A DNA stretch of 60,111 nucleotides, the filler included. It is 6 parts of 6 records of this genome, joined end to end, with 100 filler letters (N's around TTAATTAATTAA, not from the genome) between each part and the next. Parts side by side here need not be neighbours in the genome. Positions count along the whole stretch, not along the records: positions 1 to 7,531 come from DRR723986_5447; positions 7,632 to 29,013 come from DRR723986_5450; 4 more parts are not named here. The stretch is one strand, 5' to 3'. Of the stretch, positions 1-10,069 are shown in pieces (positions within the stretch are counted from its first letter, which is position 1; the number at the start of each line of letters is the position of its first letter). The position numbers were made by a program, and so were the translations under genes. The notes beneath the pieces were generated by a model. It was given only the letters and a program-made list of their open reading frames with translations. It made no database searches and was not told the origin of the DNA.

Positions 1-2341
1 CGAAGGCCACGGAATAGCCGCCCGAGGTCAAACGGCCCGTGCGTTCCCCTTCGACATAAAGCACCTCACGGCCCCATGGATCGGCGTCATCCGGCCCGTC
101 GATCAGGATGGTGACGCATTTGGCGCGGATGCCGGTCTTTTGCATCGCGTCTTTGCCGTAGAAGTCTTTGTTCAGGTCAACAAAGCGCGGCAGATCGGCC
201 TCAAGCGGGGTCGCGTCGCGGCCCAGTTCGGTGCCAAAGGCGCGGTAGGATTTTTCCTGACGCAGCCAGTTTTGCGCCCGTGCGCCAACCAGCTTCATCC
301 CGTGCTTTTCGCCCGCTTTCTCAAGCTGATCAAAGAGATAGTTCTGCATCTCGATGGGGTGGTGCAATTCCCAGCCCAGCTCGCCGGTATAGGCCACGCG
401 GATCGCCTTGACCGGGCACATGCCCAGTTCGATATTGCGCATGGTCAGCCAAGGGAAACGCTTGTTCGACAGGGCGGTTTCTGGATCTGCATCCTTGATG
501 ATCTCTTTGAGAACGTCGCGGGATTTTGGCCCGGCGATGGCAAAAACGCCCCATTGCGTGGTCACATCGTGGCATTCGATATAGCCAAATTCGGGCGCTT
601 TATCCTCGATCGCCTTGCGCAGATAGTCGCTGTCATAGGCGGTCCATGCCCCGGCGGAGACCAGATAGTAGCTGTCCTGCCCGGTGCGCACGATGGTGTA
701 TTCGGTGCGCGTGGTGCCATGGGAGGTCAGCGCGTAGGTCAGGTTGATCCGGCCGACGGAGGGCAGTTTGTTACAGGTGAACCAATCGAGGAACTGGGTT
801 GCGCCCGGCCCTTTGACCACATGCTTGGTAAAGGCTGTGGCGTCGATCAGGCCCACACCCTCGCGCACGGCCTTGGCCTCTTCGACGGCGTATTGCCACC
901 AACCGCCACGGCGGAAGCTGCGGCTGTCATGGTCGTTGAACCCCTCGGGGGCAAAGTAGTTGGGGCGTTCCCAGCCGTTGACCCAGCCGAATTGCGCGCC
1001 GCGTGCCGCCTGACGGTCGTAGGCGGGCGAGGTACGCAGCGGACGGCAGGCGGGGCGCTCTTCGTCGGGGTGGTGCAGGATATAGACGTGGTCGTAGCAT
1101 TCTTCGTTTTTGCGCGCGGCAAATTCGGTTGTCATCCAGTCGCCGTAGCGTTTGGGGTCAAGTGACGCCATGTCGATCTCGGCTTCGCCCTCGACCATCA
1201 TCTGGGCAAGGTAATAACCGGTGCCGCCCGCAGCGGTGATCCCGAAGGAGAAGCCTTCGGCCAGCCACATGTTGCGCAGACCCGGCGCGGGACCGACAAG
1301 CGGGTTGCCATCAGGTGTGTAGCAGATCGGACCGTTGAAATCGTCCTTCAAACCGCAATCTTCGCAGGATGGCACGCGGTGGATCATCGCGGCATATTGG
1401 TCTTCGATCCGCTCAAGATCCAGTTGGAACAGATCGGCGCGGAAGCTGTCAGGCACGCCATATTCAAAGCGTGCTGGCGCGTCCTTTTCATAGACACCCA
1501 AGATCCAGCCGCCGCGTTCCTCGCGCACGTAGGACTGCGCGTCGGCGTCGCGGATGACGGGATGTTCGGCGTTGCCTTCGCCGCGGAACTTCACCAGCTC
1601 GGGGTCTTGGTCCATGACGATGAACTGGTGTTCAACCGGGATGGCAGGCATTTTGATGCCCAGCATCTGCGCGGTGCGCTGTGCGTGGTTGCCGCTGGCG
1701 GTCACGACATGTTCGGCGGTGATGACGATCTGTTCGTCGGAGGGCACAAGGTTGCCGCCCTTTTCAACCATTTTGGTGGCGGTCACCTCCCAAGCCTCGC
1801 CGTTCCAATGGAAGGCATCGGCCTGCCATTTACGTTCGATCATCACGCCGCGCTGACGGGCCCCTTTGGCCATCGCCATGGTGACATCGGCAGGGTTAAT
1901 GTAGCCGTCTGTCTGGTGATAAAGGGCGCCCTTGAGATCCTCGGTGCGGATCAGGGGCCATTTCGCCTTTACCTCATCAGGGGTCATGAACTCATAGGGC
2001 ACACCGCAGGTTTCGGCGGTGGAGGCGTAGAGCATATATTCGTCCATACGCGCGTCCGTTTGCGCCATGCGCAGGTTGCCAACAACGGCAAAGCCGGCGT
2101 TCAGCCCGGTCTCTTCCTCAAGGGTTTTGTAGAACTTAATGGAATAGTCATGAATATGCGTCGTGGCATAGGACATGTTGAAATACGGCAGCAGCCCTGC
2201 CGCATGCCAGGTGGAGCCGGATGTCAGTTCATCCCGTTCCAGCAACATAACATCATCCCAGCCCGCGCGGGCGAGGTGATAGGCGATGGACGTGCCGACA
2301 GCACCCCCGCCCACGACCAATGCTTTGACTTGCGTTTTCAT
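1..2341 (-). CDS. GcvT-family FAD-dependent oxidoreductase (dimethylglycine/sarcosine dehydrogenase-like), 3' end runs off the window
   Basis: Not in the ORF track because there is no stop inside the window. Manual translation from ATG 2341 gives MKTQVKALVVGGGAVGTSIAYHL...ELTSGSTWHAAG (DAO-type FAD fold), then GPICYTPDGNP and the GcvT-like C-terminal NGWERPNYFAP and GRVTSGGYSVAF. Confidence 0.9.
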   Translation of the reverse strand, partial: MKTQVKALVVGGGAVGTSIAYHLARAGWDDVMLLERDELTSGSTWHAAGLLPYFNMSYATTHIHDYSIKFYKTLEEETGLNAGFAVVGNLRMAQTDARMDEYMLYASTAETCGVPYEFMTPDEVKAKWPLIRTEDLKGALYHQTDGYINPADVTMAMAKGARQRGVMIERKWQADAFHWNGEAWEVTATKMVEKGGNLVPSDEQIVITAEHVVTASGNHAQRTAQMLGIKMPAIPVEHQFIVMDQDPELVKFRGEGNAEHPVIRDADAQSYVREERGGWILGVYEKDAPARFEYGVPDSFRADLFQLDLERIEDQYAAMIHRVPSCEDCGLKDDFNGPICYTPDGNPLVGPAPGLRNMWLAEGFSFGITAAGGTGYYLAQMMVEGEAEIDMASLDPKRYGDWMTTEFAARKNEECYDHVYILHHPDEERPACRPLRTSPAYDRQAARGAQFGWVNGWERPNYFAPEGFNDHDSRSFRRGGWWQYAVEEAKAVREGVGLIDATAFTKHVVKGPGATQFLDWFTCNKLPSVGRINLTYALTSHGTTRTEYTIVRTGQDSYYLVSAGAWTAYDSDYLRKAIEDKAPEFGYIECHDVTTQWGVFAIAGPKSRDVLKEIIKDADPETALSNKRFPWLTMRNIELGMCPVKAIRVAYTGELGWELHHPIEMQNYLFDQLEKAGEKHGMKLVGARAQNWLRQEKSYRAFGTELGRDATPLEADLPRFVDLNKDFYGKDAMQKTGIRAKCVTILIDGPDDADPWGREVLYVEGERTGRLTSGGYSVAF

Positions 2342-2679
2342 TCCACGATTCCTTTGATCTCAGTTGATCCTGTTTTACGGATTGGTCTTTCAAAACGCGG
2401 GCACCAGCCGACCCAACATGGCAAAAAACCGACCTGCGCCGCGTCGTGGTGACGTAAAGTGACCTGTTTCGTGAAAATTTGGCGGAAATCGGGGTCACTG
2501 TGCAAGAGCAAGCCTGGCCATTTTGCACTTTGGCATCAAGGGATCAGGGCGATGCTGCTGATTGCGTCGATCTGGGGCACGGGCGGTACGATCCAAATAA
2601 TGGCTGTTATCTGCCTCATTTCCAACACAAAGTCTTGCAAATCACCTGCTGAGTAATTTTAGCCCCGGTATGTTTTTTA

Positions 2680-4254
2680 ATGTTAACCATCCTTTCATGT
2701 ATTACCGTCGAACACGATCTCAGCTTGGTCCTTGTGGCCGGTTTGCTGTGTGCATTCGGCAGTTGGGTCACATCGAGGCTCTATAAATCTGCGCAGATGC
2801 GACCCAAACACCGTGCGATTTCGTGGCATTTCCTGACTGCTTTGACAGCGGGTGTGACAATCTGGTGCACCCATTTTATTGCCATGCTCGGCTATCGCCC
2901 CAGTGCGCCAGTGAATTTTGACTTTGCGCTGACAATTGTCTCCCTGATCATCGCAATTGCAGGCAGCGCTCTTGGGGTGCTGTTTGCCAGCCTTTCCAAA
3001 ATGCGGCTGGCCGCGGTGTTTGGCGGGGCGATCCTTGGGCTTGCCATTGCCGGAATGCACTATGCCGGAATGATCGCCTACCGCGTGCAAGGCGTCGTCT
3101 TTTGGGACAAGGGCTTTCTCGCGATTTCCATTGTGCTTGCAGTCGTCTTTGCAGCGGTGGCTCTATCCCTTGGCAGCAGGAACACCCGCTGGAGCGAGTT
3201 TCAGATGACCGGCGCATTGACCGTTGGCATCGTCAGCCTGCATTTCACTGGCATGACTGCCTTTCAGGTGGAGCCATTGAACATCTCCGGTGAATTTGTG
3301 AACCCCGAGGCGTTCAAAATGCTGGCGCTGGCGATTGCGGGCACTGCGGTCCTGATCGTCGTCGGCGGATTCATGAGCTATGCCGTGGAAAACCGCATCC
3401 GTCTCGAAAGCATCAAGGAACTGACCGAAGCGCGCAACGCCGCCGAGGAAGCCAGCCGCGCCAAATCCGAATTTATGAGCGTTTTGAGCCATGAGTTGCG
3501 CACGCCGCTGACCATTGTGTTGGGCTATGCCGGTATTCTGACCAAGCTGAAGGACCACCACGAAAAGATGGCCGCCCGCAATGGCACAACCGTCGTGCAA
3601 GGCCCGAACCCCATTGGCGAACAGGCCGAGCTTTACGGCCAGAAAATCACCGTGGCGGCGGACCATCTTTTGACCCTGATCAATGAGATCCTAGACTACA
3701 CCAGCATGGAGCTGGACGACGCCAAATTGACAAAAGAGACCTTTCCACTGCCTGCCTTGCTGGATCAGGTTGCTGATCAGTTTGAGAAACTGGCGCTGGA
3801 CAAGTCCATTTCGCTTGAGGTCCAATCCGAACAAATCGACGCGCTTGCGGACCGTGGCCGGATTTTGCAGATCCTGATCAACCTTGTCGGCAATGCAGTG
3901 AAGTTTTCCAACGGATCAAAGATTGCTCTGTCCGCGCAACGGTCGAAAGACGGGTTTACAATTGATGTGCGCGACAATGGCTGCGGCATCCCCGAGGAAC
4001 ATCTGGACCGCATTTTTCAAGCGTTCCAGCAGGTTGAGACCGCCGACAGTAGATCCGAGGGCGGCACCGGCCTTGGGCTGGCGATCTGCAAACGTCTGGC
4101 CATTGCCCATGGCGGCGACATCAAGGCGCGCAGCTATCTTGGGGCTGGCACGACCTTTACGCTGTCTTTGCCGGCCTCGGCCTTGGCCCTGTCAGAGCCC
4201 CCCGCCGCCGCACCGCAACAGCGTTCCAATTTTCGATTGGCACGAGCGGGTTAA
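2680..4254 (+). CDS. MHYT-domain membrane sensor histidine kinase
   Basis: Hydrophobic N-half with three MHYT-like motifs (WCTHFIAM, GMHYAGM, SLHFTGM); H-box SHELRTPL; N-box NLVGNAVKF; G boxes DNGCGI and GGTGLGL. Confidence 0.92.
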   Translation: MLTILSCITVEHDLSLVLVAGLLCAFGSWVTSRLYKSAQMRPKHRAISWHFLTALTAGVTIWCTHFIAMLGYRPSAPVNFDFALTIVSLIIAIAGSALGVLFASLSKMRLAAVFGGAILGLAIAGMHYAGMIAYRVQGVVFWDKGFLAISIVLAVVFAAVALSLGSRNTRWSEFQMTGALTVGIVSLHFTGMTAFQVEPLNISGEFVNPEAFKMLALAIAGTAVLIVVGGFMSYAVENRIRLESIKELTEARNAAEEASRAKSEFMSVLSHELRTPLTIVLGYAGILTKLKDHHEKMAARNGTTVVQGPNPIGEQAELYGQKITVAADHLLTLINEILDYTSMELDDAKLTKETFPLPALLDQVADQFEKLALDKSISLEVQSEQIDALADRGRILQILINLVGNAVKFSNGSKIALSAQRSKDGFTIDVRDNGCGIPEEHLDRIFQAFQQVETADSRSEGGTGLGLAICKRLAIAHGGDIKARSYLGAGTTFTLSLPASALALSEPPAAAPQQRSNFRLARAG

Positions 4255-4274
4255 CGACAGGATGCGCCGACCGT

Positions 4275-5681
4275 TCATTCCGGCAAAATCTTACCGGGGT
4301 TCATGATATTGTCCGGGTCAATCGCGGTTTTGATCGCACCCATGATGCCCACTGTGCCAGCGCCCAGTTCCTTGATCAGATAGGGGCGTTTGCCCTGCCC
4401 GATGCCATGTTCCCCGGTGCAGGTGCCGTCCATTGAAATGGCCAATTCATTGAGCCAGCTCACAAAATCCCCCGCGCGGGCCACTTCATCAGCATCTTCC
4501 ATGTCGATCATGATGGAGGCGTGAAAGTTGCCGTCTCCCGCATGACCCACAATCGGCGCAAAGAGGTTCATCTCTGTCGCTTTGGCCTCTGCTGCCGTGA
4601 CCGCCTCGGCAAAGCGCGAGATCGGCACGCAGACATCGGTGGCAATACCCTTGCGGCCCGGACAGGCCTGGATCATCGCCCAATAGGCATCATGGCGCGC
4701 CTGCCACAGCTTGTTGCGCTCTTCCAAGGTTGCGGTGGCCTCGTAGCCGGTGCCGCCCTCTTCTTCGGCCAACATGCCAAAGGTTTCGGCCTGTTCGGCC
4801 ACCCCGGCATCGGAGCCGTGAAATTCCAGCAAAAGCAGCGGCGTTTCGGGCAGGGACAGTTTGGAATAGGCATTCACCGCCTTGACCAATTGCGCATCCA
4901 TCAATTCGATCCGCGCCACGGGCAGGCCATATTGGATCACGGCCATCACGGTTTTTGACGCCGCCTCTACGCTGGGAAAGGAACATCGCGCCGCCGAGAT
5001 CGCCTCGGGAATGCCCTGCAGCCGCAAGGTGATCTCGGTGATCATGCCCAAAGTGCCTTCGGAGCCGACCATAAGCCGGGTCAGATCATAACCCGCCGAC
5101 GATTTGCGCGCCCGGCTGGCCGTGCGGATCACCGTGCCGTCCGGCATCACTGCCTCAAGGCTCAGCACGTTGTCCTTCATCGTGCCGTAACGCACCGCAT
5201 TGGTGCCAGAGGCCCGCGTCGCCGTCATCCCCCCGATGGAGGCATTGGCCCCCGGATCAATCGGAAAGAACAGCCCCTGATCCCGCAGATAGGTGTTGAG
5301 CGCCTCGCGGGTCACACCCGGCTGTACCCGGCAATCGAGATCGCCTGCATTGACCTCCAGCACCCTGTCCATCTGGCTGAGGTCCACGGAAATGCCGCCT
5401 GCAGGCGCGTTGACGTGCCCCTCAAGCGAGGTGCCCGTGCCATATGCGATCACCGGCACCTTATGCACGGCGCAGGCTTTGACAATGTCCGAAACCTCTT
5501 GCGTGGATTGGGCAAACACCACCGCATCGGGCAGCTGGTTTTCGATCCATGTGGTGGTATGGCCGTGCTGTTCACGGATCGAATGCCCGGTTTGCAGCCG
5601 TTCGCCAAACTGTTGCTTCAAGATCCCGACAACAGTGGCGATCCCCTCTTCGTTGCGCGGCAAAGCTCTGGCGTGCCCCAT
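4275..5681 (-). CDS. FAD-binding oxidoreductase, D-lactate dehydrogenase/GlcD family
   Basis: GTGTSLEG, PIDPGANASIGG, GSEGTLG, GHAGDGNFH and GEHGIG motifs; likely start ATG 5681 (MGHARALP). Confidence 0.9.
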   Translation of the reverse strand: MGHARALPRNEEGIATVVGILKQQFGERLQTGHSIREQHGHTTTWIENQLPDAVVFAQSTQEVSDIVKACAVHKVPVIAYGTGTSLEGHVNAPAGGISVDLSQMDRVLEVNAGDLDCRVQPGVTREALNTYLRDQGLFFPIDPGANASIGGMTATRASGTNAVRYGTMKDNVLSLEAVMPDGTVIRTASRARKSSAGYDLTRLMVGSEGTLGMITEITLRLQGIPEAISAARCSFPSVEAASKTVMAVIQYGLPVARIELMDAQLVKAVNAYSKLSLPETPLLLLEFHGSDAGVAEQAETFGMLAEEEGGTGYEATATLEERNKLWQARHDAYWAMIQACPGRKGIATDVCVPISRFAEAVTAAEAKATEMNLFAPIVGHAGDGNFHASIMIDMEDADEVARAGDFVSWLNELAISMDGTCTGEHGIGQGKRPYLIKELGAGTVGIMGAIKTAIDPDNIMNPGKILPE

Positions 5682-5694
5682 ACTGTCTCTCCCT

Positions 5695-7473
5695 TTATTC
5701 TCCGTATGCGATGCCTTCGCGGCGCGGGTCGGCCCCGCCTTGCAGGTCATCGCCAATGGCAATCAGATGCAGGCCAGAGGTCAGCCCCCGCGCGTTCACC
5801 TCAAACCCCATCGCCTCAAGCGGGGCGGCAAGCGTTTCGGCCTGTGTGCCTGCCTCCAGATCATAGGTGCCAAAGCGGTTGACCGCATGGGGCACCATCA
5901 CCGCCTGCTGCACATCCAGCCCCCAGTCGATCACCCCGACGATGGCCTGAGCGACATAGCCGATGATGCGGCTGCCACCGGGGCTGCCCACGGCCAGCAC
6001 CGGTTTGCCGTCTTTCAATACAATGCTCGGTGCCATAGAGGACCGTGGCCGCTTGCCCGGCTCCACCCGATTGGCGATCGGCACCCCGTCGCGGTGCGAA
6101 CGGAAGGAAAAGTCCGTCAATTCGTTGTTGAGCAGAAACCCACCCGCCATCACGCGCGAGCCAAAGCCGTTTTCGATGGTGGTGGTCATGCTGGCCACAT
6201 TGCCATAGCTGTCAACAATCGACACATGGCTGGTGGAGGGCAGTTCAATCGACCCGTCATCCGCCCAGTTCAGCGCATGATCAAAGGCCGGATTGCCCGG
6301 CGCAACTTCGGGCAGCGCTGCCGCCCCGCCAAGCAATGTCGCCCGCTCCGCCAAATAACCCGGTTCCAGCAATCCCTGCACCGGGACCGGCACATAATCG
6401 CTGTCCGCCAGATAGCGGCCGCGGTCGGCAAAGGCCAAGCGCCCTGCATCCCCCATCAAGCGGCGCACCTCTGGATCAAGCGGTCCGGCACTCAGGTCGG
6501 CCCCTTCAAGCAACCCAAGGATCTGCCCAACCGCCACCGCGCCCGAGGACGGCGGCCCTATACCGCAGATCTCATGGCCACGATAGGGCGCGCAGACAGC
6601 GGCGCGTTCCTTGACCTGATAGATCGCCAGATCCATCTCGGACAGTACACCCGGATTGCCCGCTGCACCCTGAACAGCCGCAACGATCTGCCGCCCGATG
6701 GCACCGCCATAAAACGCCCCCGCGCCTTCCTTGGCAAATGTCGCAAGTGTCCGGGCATAGGCCGGATTGCGCAGGGTTGTCCCAACAGTGACTGGCGCAC
6801 CCTCTGGCAAGAAATACGCCGCCGTATCTGGCGAGGTTGCCAAACGCGCCGCATCACCGGCCACCAGTTTGGCCAGTCGCGGCGATACGGCAAACCCGTC
6901 CTGCGCCAATTGCTGCGCCGGGGCCAGCAAGGACGCCCAGTCGCGATTGCCCCAGCGGGCATGTACCTCTGCCATCAGCGCCGGCGTGCCGGGCGTGCCA
7001 ACAGACCGTCCACCCACAACCGCATCAAAAAACTTCAGCGGTGCACCCGCTTCATCCTGAAACAATTGCGGCGTCGCCGCGAAAGGCGCGGTTTCCCGGC
7101 CATCAAGCGTGGTCACCGCACCTGATCGGGCATCATACCAAACCAGAAACGCGCCGCCCCCCAGACCGGAGCTTTGCGGCTCAACCAGACCCAACATGGC
7201 CTGCACGGCCACCAAGGCATCCGCCGCCGTGCCGCCCGCTGCCAGCACATCTGCCCCGGCTTGCACCGCATGGGGATTGGCCGCCGCGACCATCCAGTTG
7301 TCCGCCGCAACGGGACGCCCCTGCGCCTTGGCCTCGGCCGATGCGGCCAAACCCGCGGGCAGATCTGCAAAGACACCCGCCCCGGACGCCTCGGGCGCAA
7401 CGCTGTCGGCCACCTGCTGCGCCGCCGCAGCTGATCCAAGACACAAGGCAAGTCCTACCAAAGCAAATCGCAT
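5695..7473 (-). CDS. ggt: gamma-glutamyltransferase
   Basis: Signal peptide; EPQSSGLGGG, DGRETAP, catalytic TSHVSIVD, LNNELTDF, PGKRPRSSM, GSPGGSRI, GADPRREG. Confidence 0.95.
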   Translation of the reverse strand: MRFALVGLALCLGSAAAAQQVADSVAPEASGAGVFADLPAGLAASAEAKAQGRPVAADNWMVAAANPHAVQAGADVLAAGGTAADALVAVQAMLGLVEPQSSGLGGGAFLVWYDARSGAVTTLDGRETAPFAATPQLFQDEAGAPLKFFDAVVGGRSVGTPGTPALMAEVHARWGNRDWASLLAPAQQLAQDGFAVSPRLAKLVAGDAARLATSPDTAAYFLPEGAPVTVGTTLRNPAYARTLATFAKEGAGAFYGGAIGRQIVAAVQGAAGNPGVLSEMDLAIYQVKERAAVCAPYRGHEICGIGPPSSGAVAVGQILGLLEGADLSAGPLDPEVRRLMGDAGRLAFADRGRYLADSDYVPVPVQGLLEPGYLAERATLLGGAAALPEVAPGNPAFDHALNWADDGSIELPSTSHVSIVDSYGNVASMTTTIENGFGSRVMAGGFLLNNELTDFSFRSHRDGVPIANRVEPGKRPRSSMAPSIVLKDGKPVLAVGSPGGSRIIGYVAQAIVGVIDWGLDVQQAVMVPHAVNRFGTYDLEAGTQAETLAAPLEAMGFEVNARGLTSGLHLIAIGDDLQGGADPRREGIAYGE

Positions 7474-7531
7474 GACACCGCTCCTTTACCCTTTTTGGCT
7501 CAAAAATACTCTGGGGGAGTTTGAGGGGGCA

Positions 7532-7631
7532 NNNNNNNNNNNNNNNNNNNNNNNNNNNNNNNNNNNNNNNNNNNNTTAATTAATTAANNNNNNNNNNNNN
7601 NNNNNNNNNNNNNNNNNNNNNNNNNNNNNNN
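7532..7631. other. artificial contig spacer (N run with TTAATTAATTAA)
   Basis: 100-nt spacer; the same spacer recurs at 29014-29113, 41326-41425, 47867-47966 and 54786-54885. Confidence 0.98.
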
Positions 7632-7730
7632 TATCGAACAATAACGGCGATATCCATTTATTCGAACATCACCCCTGAGGGCACCTCAACAGAGTGAGCC
7701 TTTTGTATAGCTTAGCGACTGATAAATATA

Positions 7731-7746
7731 CTGTTCAAATGAACAG
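7731..7746. promoter_or_regulatory. LexA (SOS) box at the integrase start
   Basis: ta-CTGT-TCAAATGA-ACAG-ta fits CTGT-N8-ACAG with consensus TA flanks and overlaps ATG 7739. Confidence 0.85.
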
Positions 7747-8752
7747 TATAACCAAAACTCAAAACTCGCCACGTTTGCTTGATCAATTGCGCACTGCGAT
7801 TCGTTATAAACACTACTCATATGCAACCGAAAAGGCCTATGTGTACTGGGTTCGGTTTTATATTCGCTTCCACAACTTGCAACACCCAGCTGAAATGTCT
7901 GCATCTCATGTTGAATCATTCTTGCAGTACCTAAGCGTGAAACGAAAAGTTTCAGCATCAACACACAAACAGGCGTTGTCCGCTTTACTTTTTCTCTATC
8001 GCGAAGTTCTAAAGCAAAACCTGCCATGGCTGGAGGGAGTAAGTCGTCCAACTACTCCCAAGCGTTTACCTGTGGTCCTCACCCGTCAAGAAGTCGCCTC
8101 TGCCTTTAGTAATCTCGAAGGAGTCCACTTATTGGTCGCCAAGCTACTGTACGGCACTGGCATGCGAATTATGGAAACGCTTCGCCTGCGTACAAAAGAC
8201 ATTGATTTTGAGCACAACTGCATCATCATCCGATGCGGTAAAGGAGACAAAGACAGAGTCGTTATGCTTCCGGCTTCACTTGCTGACTCTTTGAAAAATC
8301 AGTTGCAATATGCAAATGTTGTATGGAAGGGTGACAGAGCCAATTTGCTACCCGGTGTGGAGCTTCCTAATGCACTAGAGGTCAAGTATCCGCGTGCTCC
8401 CGAGAGCTGGGCATGGTTCTGGGTATTCCCTCAAGAGAGAACTTCCAATTGTCCAGTGAGCGGCATTCACCGCAGGCATCATTTATATCCACAAACTTTC
8501 AGACGAGACTTCAAGCGCGCACTTGAAAGTGCTGCCATTCACAAACCGGCATCACCTCACACACTGCGGCATAGTTTCGCAACGCATCTTCTTCAATCCG
8601 GTGCTGATGTTCGAACTGTTCAAACATTGCTGGGTCATAACGACCTAAACACAACGATGATTTACACACATGTGGCAAATTGTGTCGGTGGAGTGGCCAG
8701 TCCTTTAGACTCACTTTCCTGCAGCACCATAGCTACCGCAGGCCAATACTGA
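7739..8752 (+). CDS. intI: integron integrase (IntI)
   Basis: Tyrosine recombinase motifs [30 protein letters not shown] and LLGH...TTMIYTHV, plus the IntI-specific insertion [13 protein letters not shown]...WFWVFP...RRHH. Start could be 7694 (GTG) or 7739 (ATG). Confidence 0.93.
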   Translation: MNSITKTQNSPRLLDQLRTAIRYKHYSYATEKAYVYWVRFYIRFHNLQHPAEMSASHVESFLQYLSVKRKVSASTHKQALSALLFLYREVLKQNLPWLEGVSRPTTPKRLPVVLTRQEVASAFSNLEGVHLLVAKLLYGTGMRIMETLRLRTKDIDFEHNCIIIRCGKGDKDRVVMLPASLADSLKNQLQYANVVWKGDRANLLPGVELPNALEVKYPRAPESWAWFWVFPQERTSNCPVSGIHRRHHLYPQTFRRDFKRALESAAIHKPASPHTLRHSFATHLLQSGADVRTVQTLLGHNDLNTTMIYTHVANCVGGVASPLDSLSCSTIATAGQY

Positions 8753-8903
8753 AGCCCACTCTTATTGCGCGAAGTTTTATGAATTGTCTTGAAAAGTAAA
8801 ATAATCCTGCACCAACATCAAGCATTTCTATTTCCCCACCCTGCTGCTTAATAAATAATCAATCTCTAGAACCAGCGCCCAGCCTTGTTATCAGCCACAC
8901 AGC

Positions 8904-8936
8904 AAAAAACACCACCCCTCATTTGAAGGGCGGTGT
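8904..8936 (-). terminator. intrinsic terminator (second, tandem)
   Basis: Minus strand GACACCGCCCTTCAAATGAGGGGTGGTG followed by a T run. Confidence 0.55.
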
Positions 8937-8962
8937 CACTGAACTAAAAAACTCGCGGGAAT

Positions 8963-9002
8963 AAAAAAACCGGACCACCCCGCTACGAATGGTCCGGTTT
9001 TC
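8963..9002 (-). terminator. intrinsic terminator downstream of the 9024-9938 gene (possibly bidirectional)
   Basis: A-run/AAACCGGACCA...TGGTCCGGTTTT inverted repeat. Confidence 0.7.
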
Positions 9003-9023
9003 AGGAAGAAAAAATTATTGTTT

Positions 9024-9938
9024 TTATGCGGCCACTGGTGCCTTGGTCACAGCTTTGCTCATGCGTGCACGCACTGCTTTTTTCACTTCGGGGTTGGGGT
9101 TGCGCATGGCTTGGTTGACCTTCTCCACGAAAGCGTCGATCTCTTTCATGAAGTGGCTGTTGTCATGGTCCCAGGGGTGGAAGTCGGCGCGGAAGTAGTC
9201 GAAGAAGTCGCTCATGGCGTTGCGGAAAATGCCTTCCTTGCCCAGCAACATTTTGGCCACGGCTTTGTAGCCTTGCAGGTGCTTGCCCTTGGTGTTGGGG
9301 TCGGCGAATACCAGGCGTGCGTGGAAGTACATAATGACAGGCCAGAAAATAACGGTGGCCAGCACCATGCCGAAGCGGCGAATGAAGCGGTTGTAAACGT
9401 TGTCGGGAATCACGGTGTTCCACACGTCGTAGGCCACGGCTTTGTGTTCGGTTTCTTCGTACGCGTGCCACTGCCACATTTGCTTGAAACCTTCGTCCGA
9501 TTTCTCGCCGGTTACTTTTGGATCTTTCAACACGGCGTCGGCCATGATGGCGGTGTAATGTTCCAGCGCAATGGTGCCAGCCAAGGATAATTTTTTGCCC
9601 AGTCCTTTTTGCAAACCACCCAGCAATTTCCACAGCATTCTGTCCAGCTTCAAGGCGGGCACACCACTGCGGTCCATCATCTCGTTGTATTCCTCGTGCT
9701 CGCGGCTGTGCAGCGCTTCCTGGCCGATGAATGCGGTGATGGCTTGTTTCAGTTCGGGGTCGGTCACCTGGTCTTTGTAGGCGCGCACGGAGTCCATGAA
9801 CAAACGCTCGCCTGCGGGGAACAACACCGACAGTGCGTTGAAGAAATGGGTGACGTGCTCACCGGCTTCGTGCCAGTTGTTGATGCGGGACTCGTCGAGG
9901 TTGATTTTGACGTCACGGCGCACTGGAATGACTTTCAT
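9024..9938 (-). CDS. 'predicted metal-dependent hydrolase' family protein (PF10118-like) with ferritin-like EXXH motifs
   Basis: FFNALSVLFPAGERLF, FIGQEALHSREH, ALEHYTA, WHAYEETEHKAVAYDV, FHPWDHD. Confidence 0.8.
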   Translation of the reverse strand: MKVIPVRRDVKINLDESRINNWHEAGEHVTHFFNALSVLFPAGERLFMDSVRAYKDQVTDPELKQAITAFIGQEALHSREHEEYNEMMDRSGVPALKLDRMLWKLLGGLQKGLGKKLSLAGTIALEHYTAIMADAVLKDPKVTGEKSDEGFKQMWQWHAYEETEHKAVAYDVWNTVIPDNVYNRFIRRFGMVLATVIFWPVIMYFHARLVFADPNTKGKHLQGYKAVAKMLLGKEGIFRNAMSDFFDYFRADFHPWDHDNSHFMKEIDAFVEKVNQAMRNPNPEVKKAVRARMSKAVTKAPVAA

Positions 9939-10055
9939 GGTGTACTCCTTTGGTTGCAGCTATTTTTATACTTTGGTACTAACGATTACATCGCTCAATG
10001 TATCAATCATTTTCGTCATTAACAACTGTAAACGTTAGAAAAACACTCTAAATTT

Positions 10056-10069
10056 CAAACGATCGTTTG
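10056..10069. promoter_or_regulatory. PsrA-like (TetR-family fatty-acid regulator) operator
   Basis: Perfect palindrome CAAACGATCGTTTG (CAAAC-N4-GTTTG) in the divergent intergenic region. Confidence 0.65.

Noticed and set aside
140-2452. Plus-strand ORFs 140-1165 and 1379-2452
   Set aside because: Antisense shadows of the GcvT-family gene, which the ORF track misses because it runs off the window.
5293-7125. 610-aa plus-strand ORF
   Set aside because: Antisense shadow of ggt and the FAD oxidase; no recognisable motifs.
7490-7531. Possible roseobacter intergenic repeat at the contig end (AAAAATACTCTGGGGGAGTTTGAGGGGGC)
   Set aside because: Truncated and single-copy in this window, so it cannot be supported.
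7632-9000. attC sites or gene cassettes near intI
   Set aside because: No RYYYAAC...GTTRRRY palindromic site with cassette ORFs is visible; the contig ends about 100 bp upstream of intI.
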